A stretch of DNA of 52,620 bases from Octopus bimaculoides (taxonomy: Eukaryota), in assembly GCF_001194135.2 (NCBI RefSeq), contig NC_068982.1, positions 147,458,895-147,511,514 on the forward strand, written 5' to 3'. Numbering within the stretch: position 1 is the first letter of the stretch; each line of letters opens with the position of its first letter. The notes beneath the pieces are model-generated. The model did not search any database. It was not told where the DNA came from and saw only the letters and a program-made list of their open reading frames with translations. The position numbers and the translations under genes are program-made. Positions 1-10,900 of this stretch are shown in pieces.

Positions 1-35
<35 letters not shown>

Positions 36-502
36 TGTACAAGAGAGAGAGAGAGAGTGTGAAGGAATATTTTTATTGGCTAAATAAACGATGAAATTGA
101 AGTAATTAATTGGCATAAAAAAGAAGCGACGATTACAAAGGCATACGCTATATGTTTTGCGAAGCCCAACACTATATTTATGTTCTTTGTATGCGAAATA
201 TACATTGCTTTATACTTTCAAGCAATTATAAGCATACATGTGCATTTTTCATGCACACAACTTAGACATAGGTGTGTGTATCTTTGCGAGAGTGTGTGCC
301 TGTGTATCTGTGTTTATAGCTATATAAACTGGAGAAATCGTACCCACATGCAATAAAATTTATTTATTCATTCGGATCTGACACATTAGGTCACTGCGAC
401 TTGGTAAACCATCAACTGCTTGAAATGATGATGTTGATTAACGATGATGATGATGACGATAACATCAACTCCATCACCACCACCACCACCAACTACAACA
501 AC

Positions 503-713
503 TTCAAATTTTGCTCAAGCCCAGCAATTTCGTAGGAAGGGGAAAGTCGATTATACATCGACCCAGTGCTCAACTGGTATTTATTTTAACAAAATCCAAA
601 GGACGAAAGGCAAAGATAACTCTGGTGGTATTTGAACACAGAATTTCAAATTGGAAGAAATTACACTAAGCATGTTGTCCGGCATGGTAATGATTTTGCC
701 TGATCGTCGCCTT
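503..713 (-). mobile_element. tRNA-derived SINE (family 1), degenerate copy
   Basis: Reverse complement aligns by eye to the better-preserved copy at 16741-17178 (AAGGCG..GAGCTGGCAGAA head, GTTCAAAT B-box-like, AGTACCAGTT..CTGGGGTCGAT core). Confidence 0.75.
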
Positions 714-819
714 AAAAATAATAATAATAATAATAAACTCGACTGCTCTCACAAACGAGAATATTAAAAATGAACCCGATCACTACTAAAAACTAAGTAG
801 AAAAACAGGAAAAGTAATC

Positions 820-1005
820 CAGAACCCTTGTTCGATACCGGATCGATCCCAAAATTTTAGCATTTTGTACCAGTCACACAAGTCCAAACATCTCTGAAAA
901 TTTCATCCGAATCCATCCAGCAGTTCATGAGATATCTTGTCTACGGACAAACAAACAAACAAACAAACAAACAGACACGACTGAAAACAATACCTCCGCC
1001 TTTGC
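820..1005 (+). mobile_element. Non-autonomous Helentron/HINE-like element fragment carrying an (ACAA)n microsatellite
   Basis: AAATTTCATCCGAATCCATCCAGCAGTT..GAGATATC, then (ACAA)n, then GAAAACAATACCTCCGCC. This layout is typical of microsatellite-bearing Helentron-associated elements; the 3' hairpin is degenerate. Confidence 0.45.
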
Positions 1006-1169
1006 TAAGATCATTTGTCAATGTCTCATTTTCCTCTATTACCAGAATATCTAGAAAAGAAATAAAACCAGGAAATTCCCTATTGAAATGGATCAAATGC
1101 TACTTAATAATTTAAGTAATCTTCTAAGGGCTTCCATTTTGTAGAGATATATATTAAGAAATAAATATT

Positions 1170-1289
1170 TTTTTTCTACTAAAGGCAAAGTCGACCCCTC
1201 GGTGGAATTTGAACTCAGAACGTAAAAACGGACGAAATGCCGCTAAGCATTTTGCACGGAGTGCTAACAATTCTGCCAGCTCGCCACCA
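1170..1289 (-). mobile_element. tRNA-derived SINE (family 1), internally deleted
   Basis: Head GGTGGCGAGCTGGCAGAA..GAGTTCAAATTCC on the - strand. The core is fused to the tail at AAAGGCA. Confidence 0.75.
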
Positions 1290-1399
1290 TATTTTAAGGA
1301 ATAAATAATGAAAAGAAACATCATAATAGGGTACGTTAATACAGCAAAAAAAAAAACAGAGAGATGTTGACTATTGTGTGAAGGTGATGGAATGAAAGT

Positions 1400-2240
1400 T
1401 ACTGGAATAATAAGAGACACTGTCTTTTAGCAGCTCACCATCATTAATATCTTGAGGGACGAAAAACTTAGAGAAAATCGTTTGGTGTTTTTCATCACTT
1501 TGTACAGTCCTTACTTTATGAGCGCCAATTCTTATGTGGATTTGATAGAATTTCCGTATTCTCATCTTTATTCACTGGATTTCTCCTGTTCTAACAGTGT
1601 CAGTCACATCAAACCCTATCACTTCCTCAACTCCCACATCGTTTGCAGGTGTCGCTATCACTCTCCGAATTTGATTTAGACTTTTTGATAGCGAAAAAAT
1701 GTTAAGTAATGGATACTACCTGACCATATATTTTCCCAAGCACTATTCAAAGTTGTGGGTTTCACTTCATATCTTCACTCAGCTATGTCGTCCACAGCAT
1801 TCATAACGCTGAACTTCTTCCAAAAATCTCAAACTGAAGGTTTTATTATCTCAATTACTTTCAAGAGTTGCTTCAAAGTGCCTCTCAGATAATACACTTT
1901 GAAGTTAGCTATCGTACTTTCATCCATTGGCTGAAGCAACAAGGCTGTATTCCTTAGGATATATTCTACTATCACATTATCAGAAAGCTCATTTAATTCA
2001 CTGAGTGGCTTGATGCATTGTCTAAAATGAGCGACCTCCTATTGGAAATATTATGTCTGGCACTGTACATTTCTTAAGCTGTATAAAAATGAGGCTCGTC
2101 AACTATAAACGAATCCACCCTACGAGGAATGCCTTTCCTGTGGCATTTGTGTATTTCGGCTTTTAGACCCGCCATAATTTCATGCAAAAATATATATAGT
2201 GAATAATCCCTATATACAGAAGCCCACATCATTGCTAGAG
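1400..2240 (-). mobile_element. Tigger/pogo-type DDE transposase pseudogene fragment
   Basis: Minus-strand translation gives RSLILDNASSHS (~2000-2033), LQPMDESTIANFKVYYLR (LQPMD at 1922-1936) and DFWKKFSVMNAVDDIAE..EVKPTTLNSAW. These match pogo/Tigger DDE motifs (LLILDNAPGH; LQPMDQGVIANFKAYYLR). Stops and frameshifts are present. Confidence 0.8.
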
Positions 2241-2500
2241 AGGTGTCTTCATATACATACATACATACATACATACATACATACATACATAAAAACGCAT
2301 CCATAAAACAAACATACAAATCTGCGCATACACTAACACCAAATACTGCACACACACACACACACATATGCACAAATAACTAGATGATGTTCATAAAAGT
2401 TCCAATGAAGGAGCCTTGAATCTATGTTAGAGTCCGGCTCTTTCTCTATGGACAAGAAATACAGAAATGAAACTGATTGATAACATACATACATGCATAC

Positions 2501-2531
<31 letters not shown>

Positions 2532-2797
2532 CAAACGTATATATAGTATATGNNNNNNNNNNNNNNNNNNNNNNNNNNNNNNNNNNNNNNNNNNNNNNNN
2601 NNNNNNNNNNNNNNNNNNNNNNNNNNNNNNNNNNNNNNNNNNNNNNNNNNNNNNNNNNNNNNNNNNNNNNNNNNNNNNNNNNNNNNNNNNNNNNNNTATA
2701 TAGTTTATATACGTATATATAATATATATTTGCGTGTATGTATATGTATATACACATATATATATATATGTAGGTATATACAGAGATGCGTGTGCAT

Positions 2798-2799
<2 letters not shown>

Positions 2800-2882
<83 letters not shown>
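2800..2882 (+). repeat. (AGAT)n microsatellite
   Basis: Direct reading. Confidence 0.95.
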
Positions 2883-3026
2883 CAAATGGATAGGGAAATG
2901 GATCGATATATAATCCGGCATGCTTTTTGCACATGTATATGAAATTTTTCGGAATATATTATGTGTGTGCATGTTTAGACGTACACCGACATACAGAAGG
3001 AAGAGTAGAGAGAGAGAGAGGGGGGA

Positions 3027-3081
3027 GGAGTAGAGAGGAAGAAAGTGGAGTAGAGAGGAAGAAAGTGGAGTAGAGAGGAAG
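3027..3081 (+). repeat. 20-bp minisatellite GGAGTAGAGAGGAAGAAAGT, ~2.7 copies
   Basis: Direct reading. Confidence 0.9.
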
Positions 3082-3578
3082 AGAGAGGGATAGAGAGAGA
3101 GATCCATCAATGATAAAATCTGCTTGTTTCCTCAGTGTAACAGCGTTTGCTGTAGAAATAAACCTTAACGTATTATATGGTTTGGTTATATGTTTCTTCC
3201 TTCCTGTACCGCCATTAGTTTACGTAACATTTGACACTAACAAAAAGGCATTTCCGCCGCTGCCACGATAAGCAATTTATATGAAAAGAAAAAGAGAGAG
3301 TTTAGCCTTAGTTAGAATTATACAGAGTCGGCTATGAAAAGCTTACTTTAAACCTTTAAGTCTAAGAGATTTTCGGCTTTTAAGTCGTATACGAAGCGCA
3401 TGTTGAGGCATTCATTAAAAATCTGTCTAAAAGACTCCAGAACTAAGAGAAATGTTTAACAGTGATTATCTAGCACCATTTGGCTTTAATCCGTCTCTTT
3501 AATCCAGTATCATACTCGACCAGGCTCTCTCTTTTGGTCACTTTACTTCTTCTCTCAATACAAACATACATACATAAG

Positions 3579-3618
<40 letters not shown>

Positions 3619-4333
3619 TGTGTGNNNNNNNNNNNNNNNNNNNNNNNNNNNNNNNNNNNNNNNNNNNNNNNNNNNNNNNNNNNNNNNNNNNNNNNNNNNN
3701 NNNNNNNNNNNNNNNNNNNNNNNNNNNNNNNNNNNNNNNNNNNNNNNNNNNNNNNNNNNNNNNNNNNNNNNNNNNNNNNNNNNNNNNNNNNNNNNNNNNN
3801 NNNNNNNNNNNNNNNNNNNNNNNNNNNNNNNNNNNNNNNNNNNNNNNNNNNNNNNNNNNNNNNNNNNNNNNNNNNNNNNNNNNNNNNNNNNNNNNNNNNN
3901 NNNNNNNNNNNNNNNNNNNNNNNNNNNNNNNNNNNNNNNNNNNNNNNNNNNNNNNNNNNNNNNNNNNNNNNNNNNNNNNNNNNNNNNNNNNNNNNNNNNN
4001 NNNNNNNNNNNNNNNNNNNNNNNNNNNNNNNNNNNNNNNNNNNNNNNNNNNNNNNNNNNNNNNNNNNNNNNNNNNNNNNNNNNNNNNNNNNNNNNNNNNN
4101 NNNNNNNNNNNNNNNNNNNNNNNNNNNNNNNNNNNNNNNNNNNNNNNNNNNNNNNNNNNNNNNNNNNNNNNNNNAAGTAGTTCTGCATTTGCTTGTCATG
4201 AAATAACACCAATCATGTAAGGCTGGTTCAACTATTGATTCTGTAAAGGACCTCTAAAATCCCCTATACTTAACGTAGAACTTACAGACCAAAAGGCAGT
4301 TAGATATATATATATATATATATATATAGATAG

Positions 4334-4372
<39 letters not shown>

Positions 4373-4987
4373 AATACAGGAGGGGGAAGGGGAATAAAAG
4401 GGAAATAAAGAAAATGCGTTGCATGAATTAATAGTCACATTTATTGGATGCATGCTGTAACACGGCGTAGTCTTACCGCGTTTAAATAAAGATTTTACAC
4501 TCTGACCAGAATCCCATATCAACACACACGAAGCAAAACGAATAGCTGCAGCTACTGCAGCTACAACAAGCACAACTATTACAACCACTACCACTACCAC
4601 CACCACTACTACCTCCACTCAGTGCCTCTATGGAGAAATAGTAATTGAATTTTTTTTCTTAAACTATATCCTGCCGTCTTAAGCATCATATGGACAACGT
4701 TTAGCACCTATACCTTGTGTTTGTGGATGCTAGATACAGTATATCAGTTATAAGTGAAACGGACCGAGTTGAGAGCTAACATGAGTCTATGCAACAACAA
4801 TAATAGAAGCAGCAGCAATAACCACCACCAACACCACCACAACAACAACGACAACGACAACAACAACAACAATAGCAACGACAACATGGTCGTTATGAAA
4901 ATACTACCATCACTTCGTTTATTTCTACCGTCTTACATTATACGTAGGTTCACACTCTCGAAATCAGCAGCAACAACAACAACAACA

Positions 4988-5035
<48 letters not shown>

Positions 5036-5096
5036 GTTACTGTTACTGCTACTGCTACTATGACTACTACTACTACCTCCTCACCGCTATTAACAG

Positions 5097-5148
5097 GCAT
5101 TAGATTGGCATGTCAATTTCGCATGAAATTTAAAGCACATAAAAAAAA
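5097..5148 (-). ncRNA. Degenerate (likely inactive) copy of hammerhead 1
   Basis: The - strand keeps UGC-GAAA-UUGACAUGCCAA-UC-UAAUGC, but CUGAUGAG is replaced by UUUAUGUG. Confidence 0.6.
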
Positions 5149-5191
5149 CTTCAACGCGAGTGGTAAAGTTAAATACCACCCCGTCAGTATG

Positions 5192-6037
5192 CGAGGAAGT
5201 ACCCAAAAGTAACGGGAAACGTTCCCTGTGAGGCAAGCCCGTTGTAGTTCAGGCTTCCGCCGCTAGAAGCCACTTGATGCGACACTCACACATCAGCCTG
5301 CCTATCGGCGGCGTCGTCTGCAGTCGCACTTCCACCTGGTGCGTCTTTGTTTTGCAGAGCTTCTCTCCTGTTCGTCGGTTGTAGCGATGGATGAAACGAA
5401 AGAACAGCATGCTTTCGTGAAAGAACGCTACCATGAGCAAAACACAAGTTTACGAGTGGTTTTCACACTTTAGTAATGGTCACTTGTCGCTTGGAGACCA
5501 ACCTCGTTCAGAGCGACCGTCGATCTCCCGAACGAATGAAAACTTCACAAAAGTTCGTGAACGGAACTTGCAGAAACGTCGCCAAATAATTGACGAACAT
5601 GTTGATATGACAGGTGTGTCCTGGAGTTCCTGCCAACGAATTTTGAGCGAGGAATTTCAAATGAAAAGAGTTGCAGCAAAATTTATCTCTCGCTCGCTCG
5701 CGGAAGATCAAAAGCAGTCACAACTGAATGCCTGTTGTGAACTGAAAGAACAATTGGAAGTTGATCCGGACATTTTATCGAAGGTTGTCACTGGTGACGA
5801 AAGCTGGTTCTACGGTATTTGCAGATGTGGAAGAGGTAAAGAAAAAAAACTATAGAGGCGTTTAAAGGAACCACTTCGGAAGCGTTCCTGCACTGCTTCA
5901 AACATCGGAAAATGCGTCTGGACCAACGCAATACTTCAAATGGAGAATACTTTGAAGGCAATAAAAAGTGTAAACATTTAAAACAAAGTGAATACAATAA
6001 TATTGCAAAATTCCGGTTTCTTTTGGGTACCCCTTTG
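5192..6037 (+). mobile_element. Internally deleted mariner (Tc1/mariner) element with both TIRs
   Basis: ~27-bp imperfect TIRs: CGAGGAAGTACCCAAAAGTAACGGGAA on the left, and the reverse complement of TTCCGGTTTCTTTTGGGTACCCCTTTG on the right, followed by TA. Transposase remnants: MDETKEQHAFVK (ATG 5387), SKTQVYEWF..DQPRSERPS..KRVAAKF..VVTGDESWFYG, then the C-terminal FADVEEVKKK..GEYFEG in another frame. Most of the catalytic domain is missing. Confidence 0.9.
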
Positions 6038-6382
6038 TATGTAGATTTTACCATAGGAATCTGTGACTGATTCCACAAAGTGGTAATGTGAAAATTGTAA
6101 ATTGCGGTGGGTAGCTTGTCTTCTCTGTAAGCAAATAGAAAACGTTCTTCTGTGGCTAAAGAGTGCTTTGACTCTTATTTCTAGCAACGCTAGTACTCCC
6201 TGCACTCGTTGTCACATTTTAGTGACTGAATTATTTCATTTTTGGTTTTGAATTGCGTCTGGCTACCTTCATTATTTTATAATTTTCACATTATCATTTT
6301 GTGAAATCAACCACTGATTCCTGTAGCAAAATTTATATCTAGAGACGGGTTAGAATTTAACTTCACGACCCGCATGGAGTAA

Positions 6383-6431
6383 GTATTACTGATGAGCACT
6401 AAATTGCGAAATTGGCATGCCAATCTAATGC
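6383..6431 (+). ncRNA. Type I hammerhead ribozyme, intact core, palindromic stem III
   Basis: GUAUUA-CUGAUGA-GCA(CUAAAU)UGC-GAAA-UUGGCAUGCCAA-U-C/UAAUGC. All core nucleotides are present; stem I is 6 bp with one G.U pair; predicted cleavage after C6425. Confidence 0.85.
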
Positions 6432-6617
6432 CTCTCAATTGCAGTGGGGAGGATGTCTCCACTGTCACTAAATAAAACATGTGCTTTTGTAGCTGAAGCG
6501 TTCTTTGACTCTTATTCCTAGCAATGTTGGTGCTCCCTGAACACTTCGTCACATCGCCCCATTTTAGTGACGGTGAATAATATTTGAAGTATATGTGTGA
6601 AGTATATTTGCCACCTA

Positions 6618-6815
6618 AATGAGGCTGACCCATATGGGACGATGCCACTGTAGTTTATAGTCCCAGGAAGACATCTCCTCCAGCTGGCTAACGACACACT
6701 GTCTGTGCCCGATCAGTATTTGCGAAGGGAAATCATCGTTCCCATCTGTAACCTGACGTGATACACACGGACCCGGGTTTCTGGGTAACCTGTCATCAGC
6801 GTGTGACAATCACCA
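6618..6815 (-). mobile_element. Dispersed hammerhead-associated repeat (second family), copy 1
   Basis: Homologous to 43219-43400 (+); 22 mismatches in 138 ungapped nt by hand count. Confidence 0.75.
6764..6805 (-). ncRNA. Minimal type I hammerhead ribozyme with 8-nt palindromic stem III
   Basis: The - strand reads CACACG-CUGAUGA-CAGGUUACCCA-GAA-ACCCGGGU-C/CGUGUG. Stem I is a perfect 6 bp and the core is present; the stem II base pair is a C.A mismatch. Confidence 0.7.
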
Positions 6816-6824
6816 GTTAGGGAT

Positions 6825-7650
6825 TGATTCTTTATTATGATCACGTGGATCGGACATAGAGGGGACAGCACAGGACGTTACAAAACATAAAGATTGTGAG
6901 TTGGTTTGCAATAAGCGAATGATGTATTTACAATGAATGTATTTACAATTTTAATGAAAAACATTTACATTTTGGCCGGGGAGTCCACCGGCTACACCGT
7001 ACGGATTTACTATGTATTTAAGCAGGGTCTCTCACAGCCAACTTCTTCACCACATCTTTCCATCTTTTCTCGTATATGCTTCGCGACAGGCGTCCTATCT
7101 CCAGCCCTATCTTGCTCTTGAGATGATATCTGAAATAGTACAGCAAACCAGGGCCGGAGATAAAGGTTCCCGTCGCGACTCCTTTCATTCTCGTTTTTAG
7201 GAGCTCATAGCTGTATTCTTCCCATATGCGACAGCACGTGTTCCGTGTAAACTATCAGGCCTGAAATCTGCGGACAGTGAAGAAGGGCGTGCGGGACGGT
7301 TACCTCATCCCGTCCGCACCTTGGGCAAGCCGGTGGTACATACATGCCGAGTCTGGACAGTATATCATGGACAGGTAAAGCGTTCCTATAGGAGTGCGAG
7401 GTCAGGGATTTCTGGTATTTATCCAGGTAACCCGACAGGAAAGTTCTTTTAAACAGGTTGGCTAACTGGTTCTCATCGAATCGCAGACTTTCTCCGAGGA
7501 CGTCATCCCTCTTGGATTCTACCAGCCCGCTATAGAATGCCGAGGTGGTATTCCCGCTGCTGGCCTTGGCCGCCTTGTGGATTAGCACGAGTGCCTGTCG
7601 GCACTCCTTTTGCCACTCGGCACACTCGCACACATGCGCAGACACATGCA
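6825..7650 (-). mobile_element. L1/Tx1-type LINE 3' end (ORF2 C-terminal zinc-binding region plus 3' UTR)
   Basis: ALPVHDIL..CPRCGRDEVTVPHALLHCP (zf-RVT-like C-x2-C..H..C), then KTRMKGVATGTFISGPGLLYYFRYHLKSKIGLE..RWKDVV after a deletion or frameshift. The AT-rich UTR ends in AATAAAGAATC. Confidence 0.8.
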
Positions 7651-8078
7651 CACCGTTGATTGACGACGATGAAATTAATGCACCAAATCTATAAATTTTA
7701 TTTAAAGATCATGCTTTATGCCTCTGTGTGACAACAATCACTATACAGTATGAGGATTTCGAGAATGCCAGTTAATGGTCTCCTTCTTAGCCTGGCAACG
7801 CCACATTTTCCACAGTTACTAAAGCAACGCTATATGTATGCCTTTATATATATTGTGATATTTGTATACACTTGCATGTATATAATTAGATCAGTGTGTC
7901 AGCGTTTGTTTAAGTAGTTGTGTCTAAGTACGGATATGAATATTCATCTACCTTTATATTATGTGTATATCTATCCAGAGATGTATTCATGTATATATAT
8001 ATATATGTGTGTGTGCGTCTGTGAGTGTGTCTGTACGTGTATGCTTGTTTGTATGGCTGTGTGCGTGTTCATGCACAC

Positions 8079-8132
<54 letters not shown>

Positions 8133-8397
8133 NNNNNNNNNNNNNNNNNNNNNNNNNNNNNNNNNNNNNNNNNNNNNNNNNNNNNNNNNNNNNNNNNNNN
8201 NNNNNNNNNNNNNNNNNNNNNNNNNNNNNNNNNNNNNNNNNNNNNNNNNNNNNNNNNNNNNNNNNNNNNNNNNNNNNNNNNNNNNNNNNNNNNNNNNNNN
8301 NNNNNNNNNNNNNNNNNNNNNNNNNNNNNNNNNNNNNNNNNNNNNNNNNNNTATATATATGCAGCATATGTATGTGTAAATATGTGTGCTTGTGTAC

Positions 8398-8443
<46 letters not shown>

Positions 8444-8995
8444 ACGTGTATGAGTATAAATATATATATATTTATATGCGTATGTTAGTGTGTATGTATG
8501 TATGCATGCATGTATGCTTGAACGTATATGTTTTGCCCGATCCCCATTGATTTGTAACACATGTAAACAGAACACACACAGCATGTAAATACAAAGCACA
8601 ACCGACTAACTAAACAGTTCATTGCAACATTAGCAGTAAAACTGCGCCTTCACCACTATCGTCTCCATCCCCGTCATGCTGAACATCAAAAACAATTACA
8701 ATATCAACAGTAAGAACAACACTGGCCACTTGCAGTGGTTTTAACAAAATGAAACAATGAAAAGCCAGTAGAAGGTGAAACGGTCGGTAATGGATTAGTT
8801 TTCTTCTTGTATGATATGTGGGGCGAGAAAGTATTTGTTGACAACTGAAGTCGCCCTATGAATATGTATGTAACCGATCGCAATGTTTGATATGGCGAAA
8901 TGCTTTAAGTAGCTTTCCTTAAGTATACTTGTGTAAGCATTTGCCGGTAGAGAAGAATCATGCGCGTGTGTGTATGTGTATGTTTGTGTGTGTGA

Positions 8996-9035
<40 letters not shown>

Positions 9036-9218
9036 AGAGAGAGAGGGCGGAAGGGAGAGAGTGAGAAAAAGGGAGAAGTTTAGAAAGATATTGATACACA
9101 TTGTTTGTACAATATGTTTATATGTGTGTATGTATGTATAGAAAATTGTGTGTGTGTGTGTGTGTGTGTTTGTGTGCGTGTTTGTGTGTGTTTGTGTGTG
9201 TATGTATGTATACAGACT

Positions 9219-9257
<39 letters not shown>

Positions 9258-10856
9258 TACGTGTACACACACTCACACACTAATACATACATGTGTATAT
9301 AGAGAACAACTATTATTACCAAACACAAACATACAAAACACGCTCACACACACAATCACACACACATACACCCACGCATCCTCTCCTTCGCCAACGATAG
9401 TGGTTACATTATAATTGTTACTCTTTGAGTGCGGCCAAAGTAACGCAGTCTTTAAGATTGGTGCTGTTAGATGCGTGCAGTTCTAAGGAATATACAGTTA
9501 TCCGTGGATTTATTATTTTGTTTTTGATCCAACGATACATTTTGTAGTTATATTTGTTTAACCCTACGTCGTCTCTGAAAGAGGAATGTTATGATCAAAG
9601 GTGTCTCAGTCTGTGATTAACATGTCTTTTTAAGGATTATCAAAAATTGCATTACCTAACAAGTTTTTTGTTTTTCTCTTATTTCTTATTTCTAAGGCGG
9701 GAAGAAGTGTTTTGAGGGAGATGGGATTGGTATTCGTCACGTGTAAAGCTACCACGTAGAAGGTTCCTTCTTGGTAATATATTTAACATTTTGTGTTTTT
9801 GTATTTGTTTGAAGCTGTCCAATATTGTTAAACATCTTTAAAAGGATCGAACATAGAAAAGACTTACATAAACGTTATCATACACAAATAATTACAATTT
9901 CATCAAACATACTCAATTTTTCTATTCATATCAAATATGCTACACTTGAGACAACGCGTGAGAGATTCCACACGGTCACTCAGCTTGCTGTGACACATCA
10001 TACGCGATCGTCTTCAAAATATGAAGGGCACAATATACCTAAAAATAAGACCTGATTATCATAACCGGAAAGCATCTGATCGGCTGAATGATGGGATAAA
10101 CCATGTCTTCATCAACATTAATGCACTAAGCATAGCAAACACTGAACCACATCTAAACCATATTAACCACAAAGCTTATCAAATAAAGTTTATGAACCGC
10201 AGCCAATGAGGCATCTTCTTGGCATGAGCAAGATTTTTTGAGGAACGTGCTGCATGAGCCTTGACTCATCATCAGGCGTGTCATTCTGCTTAATAAATTC
10301 AGTGCCATTCAGAAAGTCTTGTGGGCCGCAGTTTGTCAATGACAGCTCTACTATGTTACTTGATCTGCTAGCTGTAGACAACACATCTCCCTCAATCATG
10401 CATAATAATGCCTTAAAGAGTAGGTTTCATTAGATATTGCAGTCCTAGATTTACTTGAAAGAGAGGATGGTCACCATTGAAATGACTTTGATCAAAGGTC
10501 TAAATAATAAATTCTGACATGTGGCGCAAAACAACAACGGAAATTTTATAAGCCAACACGCGCAACGCCACGTGATCGATTGTAAGAAATGTGAAGCAAA
10601 CATCGCTTTAAATGAAAGACCATAGGCTTAAAAATGTAATCATAAAATCATTATGTAAGATAGTGTGATGTGGGACGCGTCTGCGTGCATGTATGTTTGT
10701 GTGTAAACAATCGTCGTGCCACTGAAACAAAAATTTGAAACCCCAAAATAACATGAATTAAATCTGTTCATTAATTAGAGCAAAATTTAAATAAATTCTG
10801 TTGCTGATATTAATGGGGGTCCTACATTTTGTGATATGAAACTTGCTTGATCAACT

Positions 10857-10900
<44 letters not shown>

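Larger units (their letters stand above)
5076..6585. mobile_element. Hammerhead-bearing repeat (Penelope-like/retrozyme-type, non-autonomous): partial tandem of a ~337-nt unit plus inverted fold-back arm, interrupted by a mariner
   Basis: 6100-6236 is a direct repeat of 6437-6585 (offset 337). 5076-5189 plus 6038-~6100 is the reverse complement of ~6275-6452. A hammerhead lies at 6383-6431. Confidence 0.65.

Noticed and set aside
10190-10399. 69-aa minus-strand ORF in unique-looking sequence
   Set aside because: No recognisable motif; length is within chance expectation.
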